Shown: positions 41,655 to 62,212 of the stretch, in pieces
Layout: every line of letters starts with the position of its first letter
Position numbering within the stretch: position 1 is the first letter of the stretch
Assembly (NCBI GenBank): GCA_963693365.1
Contig: CAVNZM010000012.1
Span: 7,816,001-7,880,000, forward strand
Reading direction: 5' to 3'
Origin: Amoebidium appalachense
Lineage: Eukaryota; Protista; Ichthyosporea
Length of the DNA: 64,000 nucleotides
Program-made: the position numbers and the translations under genes
Notes under the pieces: generated by a model
The model's input: only the letters and a program-made list of their open reading frames with translations
What the model was told of the DNA's origin: nothing
Databases searched by the model: none

Positions 41655-42940
41655 GGATGAATGTTTCAACCAAAGGGAGGACGATACGACGATAAAAAGT
41701 TAATTAGTGGATATTTAGAACTGTGTGAGGGAGTCAAAGAATAAACAAAAGGAGGGCGAGAAGGGGAGGGAAAGCGCGGGTGGGGAATAATGGTGTGGCA
41801 ACCATAGGATTTAATGGCATAACGCTGTGCCTGTTAATTGCGATTTGGAAGAGTCTCCGAACGCATGCGAAAGTAGGCCACATGAAAAGCGTGGTGTTCA
41901 AACATCTCCCTAAGCATTCGAAAGTATGCCACATCAGAAGCGGGGTGTTCAACCATACAAGAAAATTATTTCCTCATGCACACATGGACATGAGAAGACG
42001 GGAATAAAACGCTGCTGCAAAGGAACACAAATAAAATACATAGTACACACCACTGCATCACAGCAGGAGGTAGTAGAGAAGCATAAAGATGTGACCATCA
42101 GAACCCTGTTTGCTTTCTGGCGACACAAAAGCGCACAAAGATTAACCTTGCGAAAAGCAGAAAGGCATGCAAGTGCCCACCTCGGCCTTTACGATGACCA
42201 TTGTTGAAGCCATTTTTGGTTTCGTTCGTGCCACCAAGGCACTCTTCTTTTGTTGAGTTACACCTTGCAAAAGGGAAACATGGATCTTAAGGGAAAAACT
42301 AAACTGGAAAAAGACCAGCACAAAGGGGCGACCGTCTTTTATAACGTCAGCGCAAAGTAGTCTTTTGTGGTAAAATGATGTCATTTCCTTTTTCAATCTA
42401 TCTGTGTCAGGAGTCTAAAGAAGTTTCCCAAGTAGACTACCAAGACCGCCATCTTGAACGAAGCATATATATGTGAAATATATTTTAGGTAATAAAAACA
42501 CCGTTATTTATCTCCCATACACTTTCATGTGCTTATTCTTCAAATCTGTACTTTTTAGATCTATATTCAAAAATTATGGATTTTATGGATAATAAAAAAG
42601 GCTCTTTTCAGCGATATTGCGCTGAAGCTTTCACAGAAAGGGGTAAACGGCAAGCCAATCAAATACCGCATTTGAGTATTACGTCAGCAATGATGTCAGC
42701 ATTTTCAAAGTGGTATTACGTAACCCCGGGCGGAACGTCAGAGATAGAGGTGACTCGGAACTCCTCAGGTTTGTACGTGTGCATGCCATCTTGAAAGGGG
42801 CTGCAACGAGCGTACATACACTTCGCGCAGCACACACTGTACATGATATACCACCTGTGTTGCCACCATGTGAACGCTACGTTTTTGGAACTTCACCCCC
42901 TGCTCACCCCCCCCCCCCCCCCCCCCCCTCCCCCTCCCCC

Positions 42941-43023
<83 letters not shown>

Positions 43024-43461
43024 AGGGCCCCGCCCTCTTCTTCCGGTAAGTGGGGACCCACCTATGCTCCGTTCGGAGAGGTGAGGTGAAGAATGGAGGA
43101 AAGGGTAAGGGGTGCCATGGCGAGGGACCTGAGGCCTTGCTGTCGCCGCTTATCACTAATTGGAACGGGGGTACATAAGGGTGGGGGTGCAGCCGCAGGG
43201 TAGGGTGGCGACCGTTATCGATCACGATGTGTCGGCGAGGCCACTCTGTGCCGTACTTCTAGTCATAGAATAAGCGAGTTATGAAGCATGGGGCGTTTTA
43301 ACCAGACACTGTAGCATGCACATAACATACAAGCTTGCAAGTGACTTGGCGACCGGGGCGCACACACACGCACACTTTTCCCCCTCCCCACTCCCCCCCT
43401 TCCCCCACCCACACGCACGCGCACGCACGCATGCACACACACATACACACAAACACACACG

Positions 43462-43574
<113 letters not shown>

Positions 43575-43718
43575 CGGACGCCGCACCAGATCCCATGCAA
43601 GTGCGCACGCCCATGGCATATTGCGATATGTATCAAGCTTTTCATCTCCGTTTTGGAATTATGATGCTGATACCCAGCCCTGCCCTCCCACTTCCAGTTC
43701 TCTCTCTTCGGGTCTCTC

Positions 43719-43757
<39 letters not shown>

Positions 43758-43812
43758 CTCTCTCTCCCTCTCTCTCTGTGTGTGTGTCTCTCTCTCTCGC
43801 TCTCGCTCTCGT

Positions 43813-43916
<104 letters not shown>

Positions 43917-44406
43917 CCCCCCCCCCACCCCCCTCCCTCTCTCCTGCCTCTCGTTCTCTTTCTCTCACTCTGCGAGGCTCATTCCACATTCACTGAGTTT
44001 TGGCGGTCTGTTTCCGAAGCTCTCTCTCTCTCCGTGTTGAGGGTGAATCTCCGCCGCCCCCCCCCCCTTCTCCCCCCCTCCCCACTCTCCTAGTCTCTCT
44101 CTCTGTCACTCTGCCCACGGTCTTCTATTCCCCCCCCTTCCCCCCCCCCTCCCTACCCTCCCTTCCCCCCTCTCTCTGTCCCGCTCCCTCTCCCTCCCTC
44201 CCTCCCTCCCTCTCTCTTTCACTCTTTCTTTCAATCCTCCCCTCTCTCTCGCACATTTCTGACCTCCATCTTCCTTGTCTATCCCCCCGAAGGCTTGACA
44301 GGGCTTTATCAACTCTCCCTCCCACTGAATTAACATAAAACTCAGACTCTCGCTCTCTCTTTTAATGACGAACATCTTCTCTTACCCTTAAGCACATTCC
44401 CACCAG

Positions 44407-44530
44407 ATGAACATATTGTCTGATCGAGGTTCAATGATATTTGCCCTTGCCCTTGTTCTCATGATTCAGTCTCCTGCAGCTTTTCTTAGTGCCGTGACCC
44501 TTCCCCCCTCCCCCTCCCCCCGAGTCCCTT

Positions 44531-44590
<60 letters not shown>

Positions 44591-45041
44591 CTTCCCCTGG
44601 CCCAGCCTCTCTCCCACCCTGTCACACACAATACACACACACCAAAAAAAAGGAAAGAAAGAAAGAAAACAAAAGAAAAGAAAGGAAAGGGCCAAATAAC
44701 TTTTAAAAAAAACCCCCCCGCAGAGTGCACCAAACGAACATTCCCTGGGTCTGAATCCAAGTGTACTAACTCCATTTGAAACCAGTAAACCGCACACAAC
44801 ATTCGAAGCGGAAACGCTAAAGGAGGTCAAAGTGAAAAACACGGGGAAGGCACCAGGGACCGGAAGGTGGACTGTTATAAAGAAGATAAACCGGAAAAAG
44901 AATAGAAGGAAAGACACGCATATCATCTGCCCTATGATGTGTAAATCCTGCGACAAACAAACAAAAAAAAAAAAAAAAGAAGAAGAAGAAAAAAAACATG
45001 ATGGTCACAAAAGCCACATCATGACGTCATCCAGATCTTGA
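44407..45041 (+). CDS. Putative small secreted basic protein (about 134 aa, 2 exons), function unknown
   Basis: Exon 44407-44493 (MNILSDRGSMIFALALVLMIQSPAAFLSA, signal-peptide-like) joins in phase 0 to 44724-45041 (SAPNEH..RWTVIKKINRKKNRRK..CPMMCKSC..); the donor is followed by a C-run as in other introns here. No recognised homology. Confidence 0.38.
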
Positions 45042-46188
45042 AGCATTACGTAACACTATTTCGACGCGAGTCGGGTCACCATGAGACATTCAGGTGCTGG
45101 CTAATCGATTTCAAAAGCAAACCAGTACCACTGGCTTATACTATTATAGCTTTTAGAAAGGCCCTCACGTTCCAATTCAATGAACCAAATCGCAATTACT
45201 GTCCTTCTATCTCTAAACACAGTGATATGTACAGCCTATCTCTTGTACATATGCGAAGAAAGACAAAGTTTTTAAAGTCAATACGATAAGTCCTCATCTT
45301 TGCGACCCGAATCGAACAAGCCAGCAAAAAGCCGGGAGCCTTCATTTTCAGGATACAAATAACTACTGAACTTGTACAATTTCTCGGGAAAGCCTTGGTG
45401 CACACAGTATACTACAATTCAAGGCATTTTCGATGAAAGAAGCACACGGACAGCTTGAATGCCTGCCTATAGCAGTACTGGCAAGAATATCATGGTTTAT
45501 GTCAAAAAATGGAGTTATCTTGCTGTTTTCATGCTGTGCGACCGTGTCCTACACACGTCCTGCTGACGGTGCCGTATGTGCATGCACACGACGGTGACGC
45601 ACAGCTGTATCAGAGCGCTCTTATGAGAATTCGGGACAAACACAATCTTACGGTTTTATTTTCTGCAAAGTTAGTACCCTGTATACGAAATCTAAGCGCC
45701 AAGACCGCCTTTCTCGCCTGGCGTTTCTGTTACTTCTGAGCTTCTAAAAGGCTTTCGTTTACAGCTTGGGTTTGCTTGGAAAGAGCATTTTCTTAAAAGC
45801 GTTCACAACAGGCAAAGGCTAGAGGTTATTTTAGTGCTGTAAGCTAAATTGGGTGTTTAATGTGCTTGAACAGCAAACGCGTTGTACAGGTGCCCACGGT
45901 TCAGTTGAATGCTAAGTTAATCCGGTCGTGTTTCGCTGGCACCCTTTTGGATCGATTAACGATATAGTATAGATAGGTTATGGGCTTTCAGATGTTCTAG
46001 ACTGCCTGGCTGCATCAGCGCTATTGCTTGTTAAATAGGAGGGCGGATAAGGAGGATAGATGGTCCCCAAGATACGGGTACGATTGCAGGTAAAGTGGCT
46101 GACGTGTGTGCGTGTGAGTGCGCGTGTGTGTGGGTGGGGGGGGTGGGAGGTTGTGCGTGTGTGTGTGTGCGTGTGTGCGTGCGTGCGC

Positions 46189-46219
<31 letters not shown>

Positions 46220-46220
46220 T

Positions 46221-46268
<48 letters not shown>

Positions 46269-46501
46269 GTGTGCGCGCGCGCGTCCGCGCCTGTGTGCTC
46301 TCCTCTGTTTGTAGGTGTTTCGGAAGTGTGTAGCAGGTGGTTTTGCTGTGGTGTGTTCACGTAGATGGCCGTCGGCATACGGGCCCTCGTGTGCGTTTTT
46401 TCCATTTCAGCATTTTCTCCTCTTTTTTTCGTTTTCTTTTTTGGTTGATCAGCTTCATCTTGTTCTTCTTCTTCTTCTTCTTCTTCTTCTTTTTTTTTTT
46501 T

Positions 46502-46552
<51 letters not shown>

Positions 46553-46785
46553 GCTTGTGTGGTTTTGTGTGTTGTGGGGGGGGAGGGGGGGGGACTTCTG
46601 TATGGTTTTTTTGCCCCAATGGACTTTAGGACTTCAAACTTTCGGTTGGGGACGCGGGACAAAGAAAGGAAGGGGGGGGAGGGGAGGGAGGATTTGTTGA
46701 TGCCTTTTCCGCCCCTAATATACTGCAAAATTTCAAATTCTCGAAGGCCTATGTGTGATTCGCTATAGAGGGAGAAGAAGAGAGG

Positions 46786-46824
<39 letters not shown>

Positions 46825-47632
46825 CGTTGTGTTTCCTGTTGTCGGTCTTCCTCCCTTTTTCTTTTTTTCGATGAATTCGCCAAGGCTATTGTTCAGATTG
46901 GGAGGGGGTATGTGATGGCCAATGGAATATCCTTTTTACTTTTAAAGAAAATTAAAACAGGCTTTCGCAGTAGTTTGTGTTCGTCTGCGCTTTCTGCTCT
47001 GGTGTGTCAAGTCACGCGCTCTGTTGGGGGGAGGTTTATTATAACGGGTTATTTCATTTGGGAATTTCATGTTCACGGTATGATTCTTCGTTTGGTTCAG
47101 TTCGATAGGTCAAAGCCTCAAGAAGGTAGCCAATTGTTTCTTTTTCTTTCCTTCGTTCTTTCTTTCTTTCTTTTTTTTCTTTCTGTTATCTTTTTTTATT
47201 TCTTACATGACACGAAAACAGGGGAGTATCGTGCACCAGCTGCTCTCTTGTTGGAAACTTCTTGTTGTAAGGGAGGGGGAAGGGTTTTTGTAAAGGGCTC
47301 ACGGGTAGCTGCACCTGTCGTGTGTAGATTTTTGTTTTGGTCCCCGGCCGTGATGCGGCCTTATTTGTGCAGCGAGACAGACCGAATGTTTTGTAGGGGG
47401 GCTCTATGTCTGATTGAATGTGCTTTCCTGTTGTGTGTCTTCCCCCCCCCCCCCCCCCCCCTGGCCCATAGAGTTTTGGTTCGGGAAAGGGAGGGGGAAA
47501 GGGGGGGGGGGGGGGGGGGGGGGGGGGATGTTAGGAAATTTTGCGCGATTGTGCAGTGCAGCGGGTGAGGTACTGTCTGAAAAAGAAATTGAGAGTTGAA
47601 AAGTTGGGTGCATGTGTGGTGTTCGCGCGTGT

Positions 47633-47677
<45 letters not shown>

Positions 47678-47819
47678 TGTGTCGGTGTCGGTGTCTGTGT
47701 CTGTGCGGGCATGCGTGTGGTCGTATGGTCTTGTCGTGTGGTTGTGTGGTGTGTTCATTATTTCAAATCAATGGATTTATGAACCTTAACCGCTAAAACC
47801 CAACAAACAACCCACGCAG

Positions 47820-52118
<4,299 letters not shown>

Positions 52119-52613
52119 CTGTGCATGAGTTGGGACCCCTCTGATGTTGGGCTTTTTACACCTCGTATTCCCTCGTGTCACATGTTTGATTACTCCGTGT
52201 ATCACTTTATTTCACTTTGTGTCCCACTCGATTCACTGCACCATGTGTTTGCTTTCTTGCAAATACCTGACTCTTGCTCCGTTTCACAGCATCCCTGCCA
52301 CATCCCCCCACCTATAGGCCCCCCCCCCCCCCCTTTTTTTTTTTTTTTTTTGGTGTTCGGATGTAGGTAAGGGAGAGAAAACCAGGAAACTTGAAACAAA
52401 ATGTGCTATAAGACCATGACAGACACGTTGGTCTGATATGTACTCATTCAATTTCTTGATCCACAGAATGCTGGACGGCTGACCCATTGCCACAGCCCTC
52501 TGGGGAAACAGAATCGGATGTTCCGTAATCGATGTGTGCCCACGGTGTAGCTCTGTAGAAACTTTCCTATTTAGTTTTTTCTTTCTTTCTTTAATCCTTC
52601 CTCCTTTTTTGTG

Positions 52614-52661
<48 letters not shown>

Positions 52662-52665
52662 TGTG

Positions 52666-52697
<32 letters not shown>

Positions 52698-54093
52698 TTG
52701 GGGGGAGGGGGGGGGGGGGGGGAGGGGGGGGGGGGGGGCGGATTAGGCAACGGTTGTAAATGTGCATGTGAATGCCCCGCTGTCACACGTGAACGCAACA
52801 CATACTTTGATAGATGCAGATGTGAATGAATTTATAATACTTGTGATTAATATATTTTATGGATGTCTGCTATTTGTTTGGATTAAATTCGGTTCTGGAT
52901 CGGATTAGCCGTTTACACCATACGCGTATCTGTGAGAAAAACTGATGAATTGCAATAACACAGCTACGGTCGAATCGGTTCGGTCGGATTAGCTATACAT
53001 GGTAACTATGAGGAATCGTTGATTCGCTACCCCGTCACCATACAATGACTTGCACGTCCATATGCATGCACGAATGAATATAACCGAATATTCAGACTTC
53101 ACTGTATACTATTGGTGGCTATTAATAGAATCCATGAAAAAATGGCAGCTGTAATCTACTAAGGTTGTTACCAATGGCGACAGGTGGAGGACCTGGTGTT
53201 TTATCTATCAATAAAATAAAACGAAATATGCTTATATGAGGTTCAAGTATGGCATGTAAACCTGGTGTAGGCATCAATAAAAGGAATTGCTAATAAAAAT
53301 GAGTGGGGCAGAACACATGCATCAACTCTCGGATGATATTCCCTGCCCCCCCCCCCCCCCCCCTCCCCCCCCCCCTCCCCCCCCTCCCCCCCCGGAGCTC
53401 CCTCACCCCCGTCCGCCCGGCCGTTCCTCAGCCCCGATTTGCACGGCACCAATCATGCCCGGCCACCGGTGCATTAACACACCATCCACCTACCCATATA
53501 TAGTAATATTGGCAGTGGTTCATCTATGGCGTGTGCCTGGCACATGTGCTATGTAGCTATAGTGGTGGTGGGGGAGCTGCAGGGAGGGTTTGTCGGCCGA
53601 GAGAGAGGGGAGGGATGGGGCGCAGAGAGAGAGGGAGAGGTCTAGACAGGGGGAGGGGGGAGGGGGGGGCAGAGAGAGAGGGAGAGATGGGGGGGGGGAG
53701 GGGGAGGGGGTTGATCATGAGTTTCAGAGAGGGAGAGACGGGGAGGGGGGGGGGGGGGGGGGGTTGTAAACTCGCAAGGTTTTGCCTGATTTCAGAAATA
53801 AACTATTAGTGTGCTAAATTTCCAGTTTGAGTCATCCCTTGCCTCTCGACACACACACACACACACTTACACACACACACGTACACACACACATGCACAG
53901 AGATTAGCTCTCTGCAGCTCTCTCTCTCTCTCTCTCTCTCTCCCCCCCCCCCCCCCTCTCCCTCCCTCTCTCTCTCTTCCTCCCTCCCTCTCTCCCCCTC
54001 CCTCCCTCCCTCCCTCTCTCTCCCCCCCCCCCCCCCCTCCCTCCCTCCCTCCCTCTCTCTCTCTCCTCCCTCCCTCTCTCCCTCTCCCTCCCT

Positions 54094-54126
<33 letters not shown>

Positions 54127-54460
54127 CCCCCCCCCCCCCCCCCCCTCCCTCCCTCCCTCTCTCTCTCTCTTCCACCCTCCCTCTCTCCCTCTCCCTCTCT
54201 CTCTCCCTCTCTCTCTCTCTCCCCCCCCCCCCCCCCCCCTCCCCCCCCCCCCCCCCCCCCTCTCTCCCGAGTCACTCTCTCCCTCTGATCGTGTAGATGT
54301 ACACGTACACATCTTCCAAGGTTGCGCATACCTTTGTTTTGCGTTAGCATACCCTTGTGCTCACGGTTTATTACAAGGCTTATTACCTTGTATGACCTGC
54401 ATACATAGTTTCGGTTCCCTTCGTGCACAGCACTTGATTGATTACTCATTAGGTTTGTCT

Positions 54461-54951
54461 TGTCATATGGGTCGATATTATAACGTAATTACACTCAGGT
54501 TTGTGTCTACTTATCTTGTTTTCCTGTGCTATCTCTGTTGTATAATATCGGTCTTGTGTAACTTTGCTCGATTGTCTTTGTTGTCAACTCCTTATTTGGC
54601 TATACGTAAAAACGGGCAAGTCTATTGGCTGGACGTGGCTTTACAATATCATTGGCAAATACATGGTGTAATTCTATTGGCTGTCCGGCTACAGCCCAAT
54701 TCCTATTGGCGGACGCGGCGACCAGGTGACGGGGCGGTCTGGGTGGTATATAAGCACAGCACCCTCAGTATCACGGGTCATGTTGTGTACGGTGTGGCAC
54801 ACATGTTTTCCCTTGCACGGGATTAAGCTAACAAGCCGTGTCTGTCCCACCTGTTTAGTTCTGTCTTAGAACCCACTCTCTGTAAATTTCCATAAGTCAT
54901 TCATGCATTCACACCATGCCGCTTAGACAATACTGTGCGGGCGCTTAGACA
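54461..54951 (+). promoter_or_regulatory. Dense CCAAT/GC/TATA core promoter with no obvious downstream gene; possible solo LTR
   Basis: ATTGG at 54624, 54651, 54676, 54705; CCAAT at 54696; GGGGCGG at 54731; TATATAAG at 54747. The segment is bounded by TGTCA..AGACA with flanks tgtct/tggct. Confidence 0.4.
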
Positions 54952-55136
54952 TGGCTGTGCGGGGGGCGGGGAAGGTGGGGGGGGGGGGGGAGGGGAGGGG
55001 TGGAGGGGGGCAGACAGAGAAGGCTCGAGGGGAAGGGGGGAAGGGGGAGGCCTAGGGGGGCAGAGACTCAGGCTGGTTATCGAGGAGAGAGGGGAGGGAG
55101 GGGGGGGGGGGGGGAGGGGGGGGGGGGGGGAGGGGG

Positions 55137-55168
<32 letters not shown>

Positions 55169-55958
55169 TGCAGAGAAAGGGGGGGGGGAGACGGGGGAAG
55201 GAGGGTGGGGAGGGGGGGGGGGGGAGGATGCCAGCTAGAGAGAGCGAGAGGGGGGCGGGGGAATGATGATGCGCTACACATTAAAAATGCCAAGGTCTAA
55301 AAGCAGTGTGTAGCGGTAAGCTTAATCATTGTATGGAAGAATTTAGTTTGGAGATGTGCTTCTAGTTAGTTTTCCTAGCCTCTCCCCACATGTCGGAGCA
55401 GCAGCAGACAAGGAGGGGTGGGAGGCCCGGTGGGCGCAGGGGGGCCGGGAGCTCGAGAGATCAGGAGAAGAGGGAGGTTGAGGGGGGGAGGGGGGGGGGG
55501 GGGGGGCTGTTGTTGGATATATTCATGCAGGTTTTTTTTCTCGGGTTTCTTAAGCTTTTGACTTCATTTGTTCAACAGATCAAGGACGCCGGACAATAGC
55601 AAAGCACACACGCGCGAGACTAAGTATGCATCATAAGTCGGAGTCAAGGAGGCCCAAGTCATTCACAGTATGCAGAACTTCACCAAAGGAGCGGGAGGAA
55701 GGGGGGGCCGGGGGGGGGGGGGGGTGGAGGCCGGGAATGGGGGCATGTGCATTTATGGAAAGGGGGCGAGGGGGAAGGAGGAGGGGGCGGATGTGGAGCA
55801 CGTTACGAAGTACAACAATATGACGAGAAACACGGTGCAGGACACAGGCAACAGTGATGCGAGGGTGCACCGTGTTCAAATGTGTGCTATTGGTGTGTTT
55901 GTGTGTTAACGGATTGTGTATACGTATGTGTGTACTGGCGCGCTCTCACATGTGTATA

Positions 55959-56007
<49 letters not shown>

Positions 56008-56042
56008 ATAAATGTGTGGATAATGGTTCGCTTGCACTGTGT

Positions 56043-56081
<39 letters not shown>

Positions 56082-56129
56082 CGTGCCGTGTGTGCATGCC
56101 GTGCATGTGTGTGTTGTGTGTGCGTGTGT

Positions 56130-56186
<57 letters not shown>

Positions 56187-57282
56187 TGTTGTGTGTGTAA
56201 GCTTTTCTATGAAATACATACACACATATATGCACAAACACCTACACACACATGCACTCATAAACGCACACAGGCGTAGACACACGCACACACATCCATA
56301 CACATGCCCCCTGCAGCTTGCACACTAGGCCATTTGGTGTTCCCAAAGGGCAGGTGGTCTGTGGCATTTTAATTCCCCATACGGCAGCCATCCCATTTCA
56401 ATTTCGCTTCATCAAAATCTAGAAAAAAAGGCTCTCAGTTTCAGCAAACACTGCTAACTTCTTTTTCCACTTTTACGTTTTCACTTCACTCAGTCCTATT
56501 TTCTCGCACGTCTACTTCGTGAATTAAGTTCCTAAGCTAATAATAGTTACATACACTGACAATATCGATCGGGTACCACCTTACATGTCGAGCCAGAGAC
56601 CAAAACAAAACCGTTTCATACAAAATGAACAAACACTAACATTCGTGAACAGAACCAATCTTGCATACATTGATATGCCCCAGCACAACAAATCACAAGC
56701 GGTTTATCCTTTCAGGTATATCACTAGAGGATTTAACCAATTCTCAAAAAAGCCACCAACCCAGTTTTTTTTTTTTAACTTGAACTCTTGTGACAGAAAC
56801 AAATCACTCTCAATTTCTCTTAGTTTCTTTTTTTTTTTAAAAAAAATAAAAACCGCACCAGTTTCACACCCGTACCAGTTTCACACCAAAGCACCAATTT
56901 GAGCGTGCTGCATCCACTATATTCTTACTCTCTGTCTGTCTTAATGCCACCCTGTATACTACTTTCCTCTCACTTGCTCTTAGTATTATATGCATCCACG
57001 TATAATTATATGTAGCCATGTATGTGCCCCTTTTTCGCTATTTTAAGTCACCTCACACCCGCCTTACTACCACAACGGTGGGACGCGCACACACACCCCA
57101 TACACACACACACACCACACACACACACACACACACCACACACACAAACACACACTAGTTAACGCGAGTGCACAGACACACACACGCACACACACCCATC
57201 CACCCACACACACACACAACTATGCCCCCCCCCCCCCCCTTCCCCCTCCCCCCCCCAAAAAAAAAAAACAAAAAAAAAAACA

Positions 57283-57317
<35 letters not shown>

Positions 57318-57363
57318 CACACACACCATTACACCGGTCGAGTTGCAGAATTCATGTTGCCCA

Positions 57364-57984
57364 TCACGTGTTCAAATTATGCACCGATCCCTTGCTCCTA
57401 ACGAACTTCTTCCTCCCCTTCAGCTTCAGTGGTCGTGGTACCCCCTTCACCCTCTCGTATATTCCACATGCATTACACAACCATGTTCCGTCCAACCTTG
57501 TTCTCCACATCTTCGTCTCGTTTGTCCCGCAGTTATCACAAACACGGCTCTTTGTTCCCAACTTTGCACCCCATCTAGTTTCACTGTTCGTCTCACCGCC
57601 ATCAGAAAGCGAAAAGGACATGAAAGCATCCAAGCCATTACAACATGGATCGTTATCAGCCCCTTCTTGTCTAATTCCTCTGTTCGTGGTGTATTCTTGT
57701 GGGTGTGGGTATGGTGAATGTGCCTCGCAATCATCCCCAGTCGCACAATCACTGCACCCTCCAATACCGGAATCTTCCACAGAACCTGGGCTGCTTCCGT
57801 TAGCCAAATCCTCTGGAGATGAAGGGCTCTCGTCTTTAACTATACTAAGCAGTTGTGCAACTGTTTCTTTAACTTCCTGTTCCGACCTCGCACCGGTAGT
57901 CTGTATTTGGTTAAGCGGGATGAGCGCGTTGAGTGGGGGCTCGGATAGGTCCAGGCCACAAATGTTGCAAGTTACGGAACCCAT
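57364..57984 (-). CDS. Single-finger GATA transcription factor (C-X2-C-X17-C-X2-C), 206 aa, apparently intronless
   Basis: CDNCGTNETKMWRTRLDGTWLCNACGIYERVKGVPRPLKLK followed by a basic tail; start context aaaATGG. Confidence 0.92.
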   Translation of the reverse strand: MGSVTCNICGLDLSEPPLNALIPLNQIQTTGARSEQEVKETVAQLLSIVKDESPSSPEDLANGSSPGSVEDSGIGGCSDCATGDDCEAHSPYPHPQEYTTNRGIRQEGADNDPCCNGLDAFMSFSLSDGGETNSETRWGAKLGTKSRVCDNCGTNETKMWRTRLDGTWLCNACGIYERVKGVPRPLKLKGRKKFVRSKGSVHNLNT

Positions 57985-58591
57985 TTTCAGCGTGGCGTCG
58001 TATGTGCAAGGTTATCGACAACCCCACCCGAGTGTTTTAAAGCGTTGGGGGGGGGGGGAGGGGGGGGACGATTGGTCTAATGTGTGTGATGATAAAAAGG
58101 TGCAGGTTACAGGAAAGGCAAGGGCAGCCAAAAGAAAAAGCCAAAAACGTGGAAGGGATTTAGAAACGAGACTGATAACGACGTTGAACCTGATAGTCTC
58201 TTCCTTTCTTTGTGGTGTAACAGAGAAATTTTACAACTCAGGCAAGCTCGTGGAAAAATACGATAAACCAGCCAAACAAAATAAACAACTCCTTACAAAA
58301 ACCTTTCTAAGGCTTTCAAGGCTCTCCATGCATATGCTTTCCACTCTTGCGCGTGAGGCATAGATATTGATCCCTGCCATAGATGCCCTTTGATTGACCG
58401 CGTACAACATCCATACGATCTTAAAAAGGGTCGTGTAACGTTGCAAAACTCATGTTCGAAAGCTCATAAGGTTGTATATGAGCGTCAAAGGGTTAGGGTT
58501 AGGGTAGATGTATTCCCAAAAAAATTATATAATCCTTTTTTTCCTCCCTAATGTGGGACATTTTGTGTGCTTGCAACTCTGGTAAAACTTA

Positions 58592-58684
58592 TGTCACGTG
58601 ACAACAAGTAGATTCTCATTGGCTGTGATTTGTGGGCTTCGCATCCAATCATCAGCGTGATTACGCAAACAATGAATGACGTCA
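58592..58684. promoter_or_regulatory. Candidate bidirectional promoter between the GATA and DUF4476 genes
   Basis: TGTCACGTGACA palindrome (58592-58603), ATTGG (58618), CCAAT (58645), TGACGTCA (58677). Confidence 0.5.
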
Positions 58685-58820
58685 CTTTGTAATAAATGCC
58701 AAGTTTTTTTTCAGTTCATGATCACGATGCTTCAGAATTCTGCTGTTTTTTTCATCACTTTAGAATTTTGTTGAGTTTTGTACCAGTAGATTTTTCTCCT
58801 CTGGGAGCGCGTTGGTCAAC

Positions 58821-61686
<2,866 letters not shown>

Positions 61687-62166
61687 GATATATGGTTGGA
61701 TATGATTTTTTGCTTCCGAGGTATATACGGGCGGTGGTGTTGTGAATTTCTATAAGTTGTGAGAAAATTTGTGAATTTGCGCGGGTTATCGCAAGATAGA
61801 CAGGAGGGCAAATTAGGCTTAGCAGGCCATTAGCAGAGATAATAGTGGGATTTTAATTGGTTATTTTTGAAGAATCTGAGATTTTTGATGATGCCACGGT
61901 ATGATGTATACGTATATATACTGTGTGATATACATTTAATAAGAATTGTTTTGTTGTGAGATATTTTTCAGCCCCATCCCTTCCTCAAGAGTCTGTGTAC
62001 TCTGTAGGAACGTGCTTGACTAAGCGTCGCATTCACTGTGAAAACAGTTAAATCTGATAGTTATCTTCTTTAATTTTCAAACCAATAATCAAACTAAACA
62101 AAATAAAGTAATAAGAGATTACGAGTGCGCAAGAATTAATCATGCTCTCATTTAATGCACACCGAC

Positions 62167-62212
62167 CAAGGCCTCCTAAATAGCACACCGGTGTGCTATT
62201 TAGGAGGCCTTG
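62167..62212. mobile_element. 46-bp perfect palindrome with 8-bp TSD (minimal P-like or hAT-like MITE)
   Basis: acaccgac|CAAGGCCTCCTAAATAGCACACC GGTGTGCTATTTAGGAGGCCTTG|acaccgac. Confidence 0.8.

Noticed and set aside
45509-47564. Candidate 5' exons of the PB1 paralog
   Set aside because: Several donor/acceptor options exist and none gives an unambiguous phase-consistent chain; left unannotated.
57368-58363. 331-aa + strand ORF
   Set aside because: Antisense shadow of the GATA gene with no motifs of its own.
58489-58505. (TTAGGG)-like repeats
   Set aside because: Fewer than three units; too short to call an interstitial telomere.
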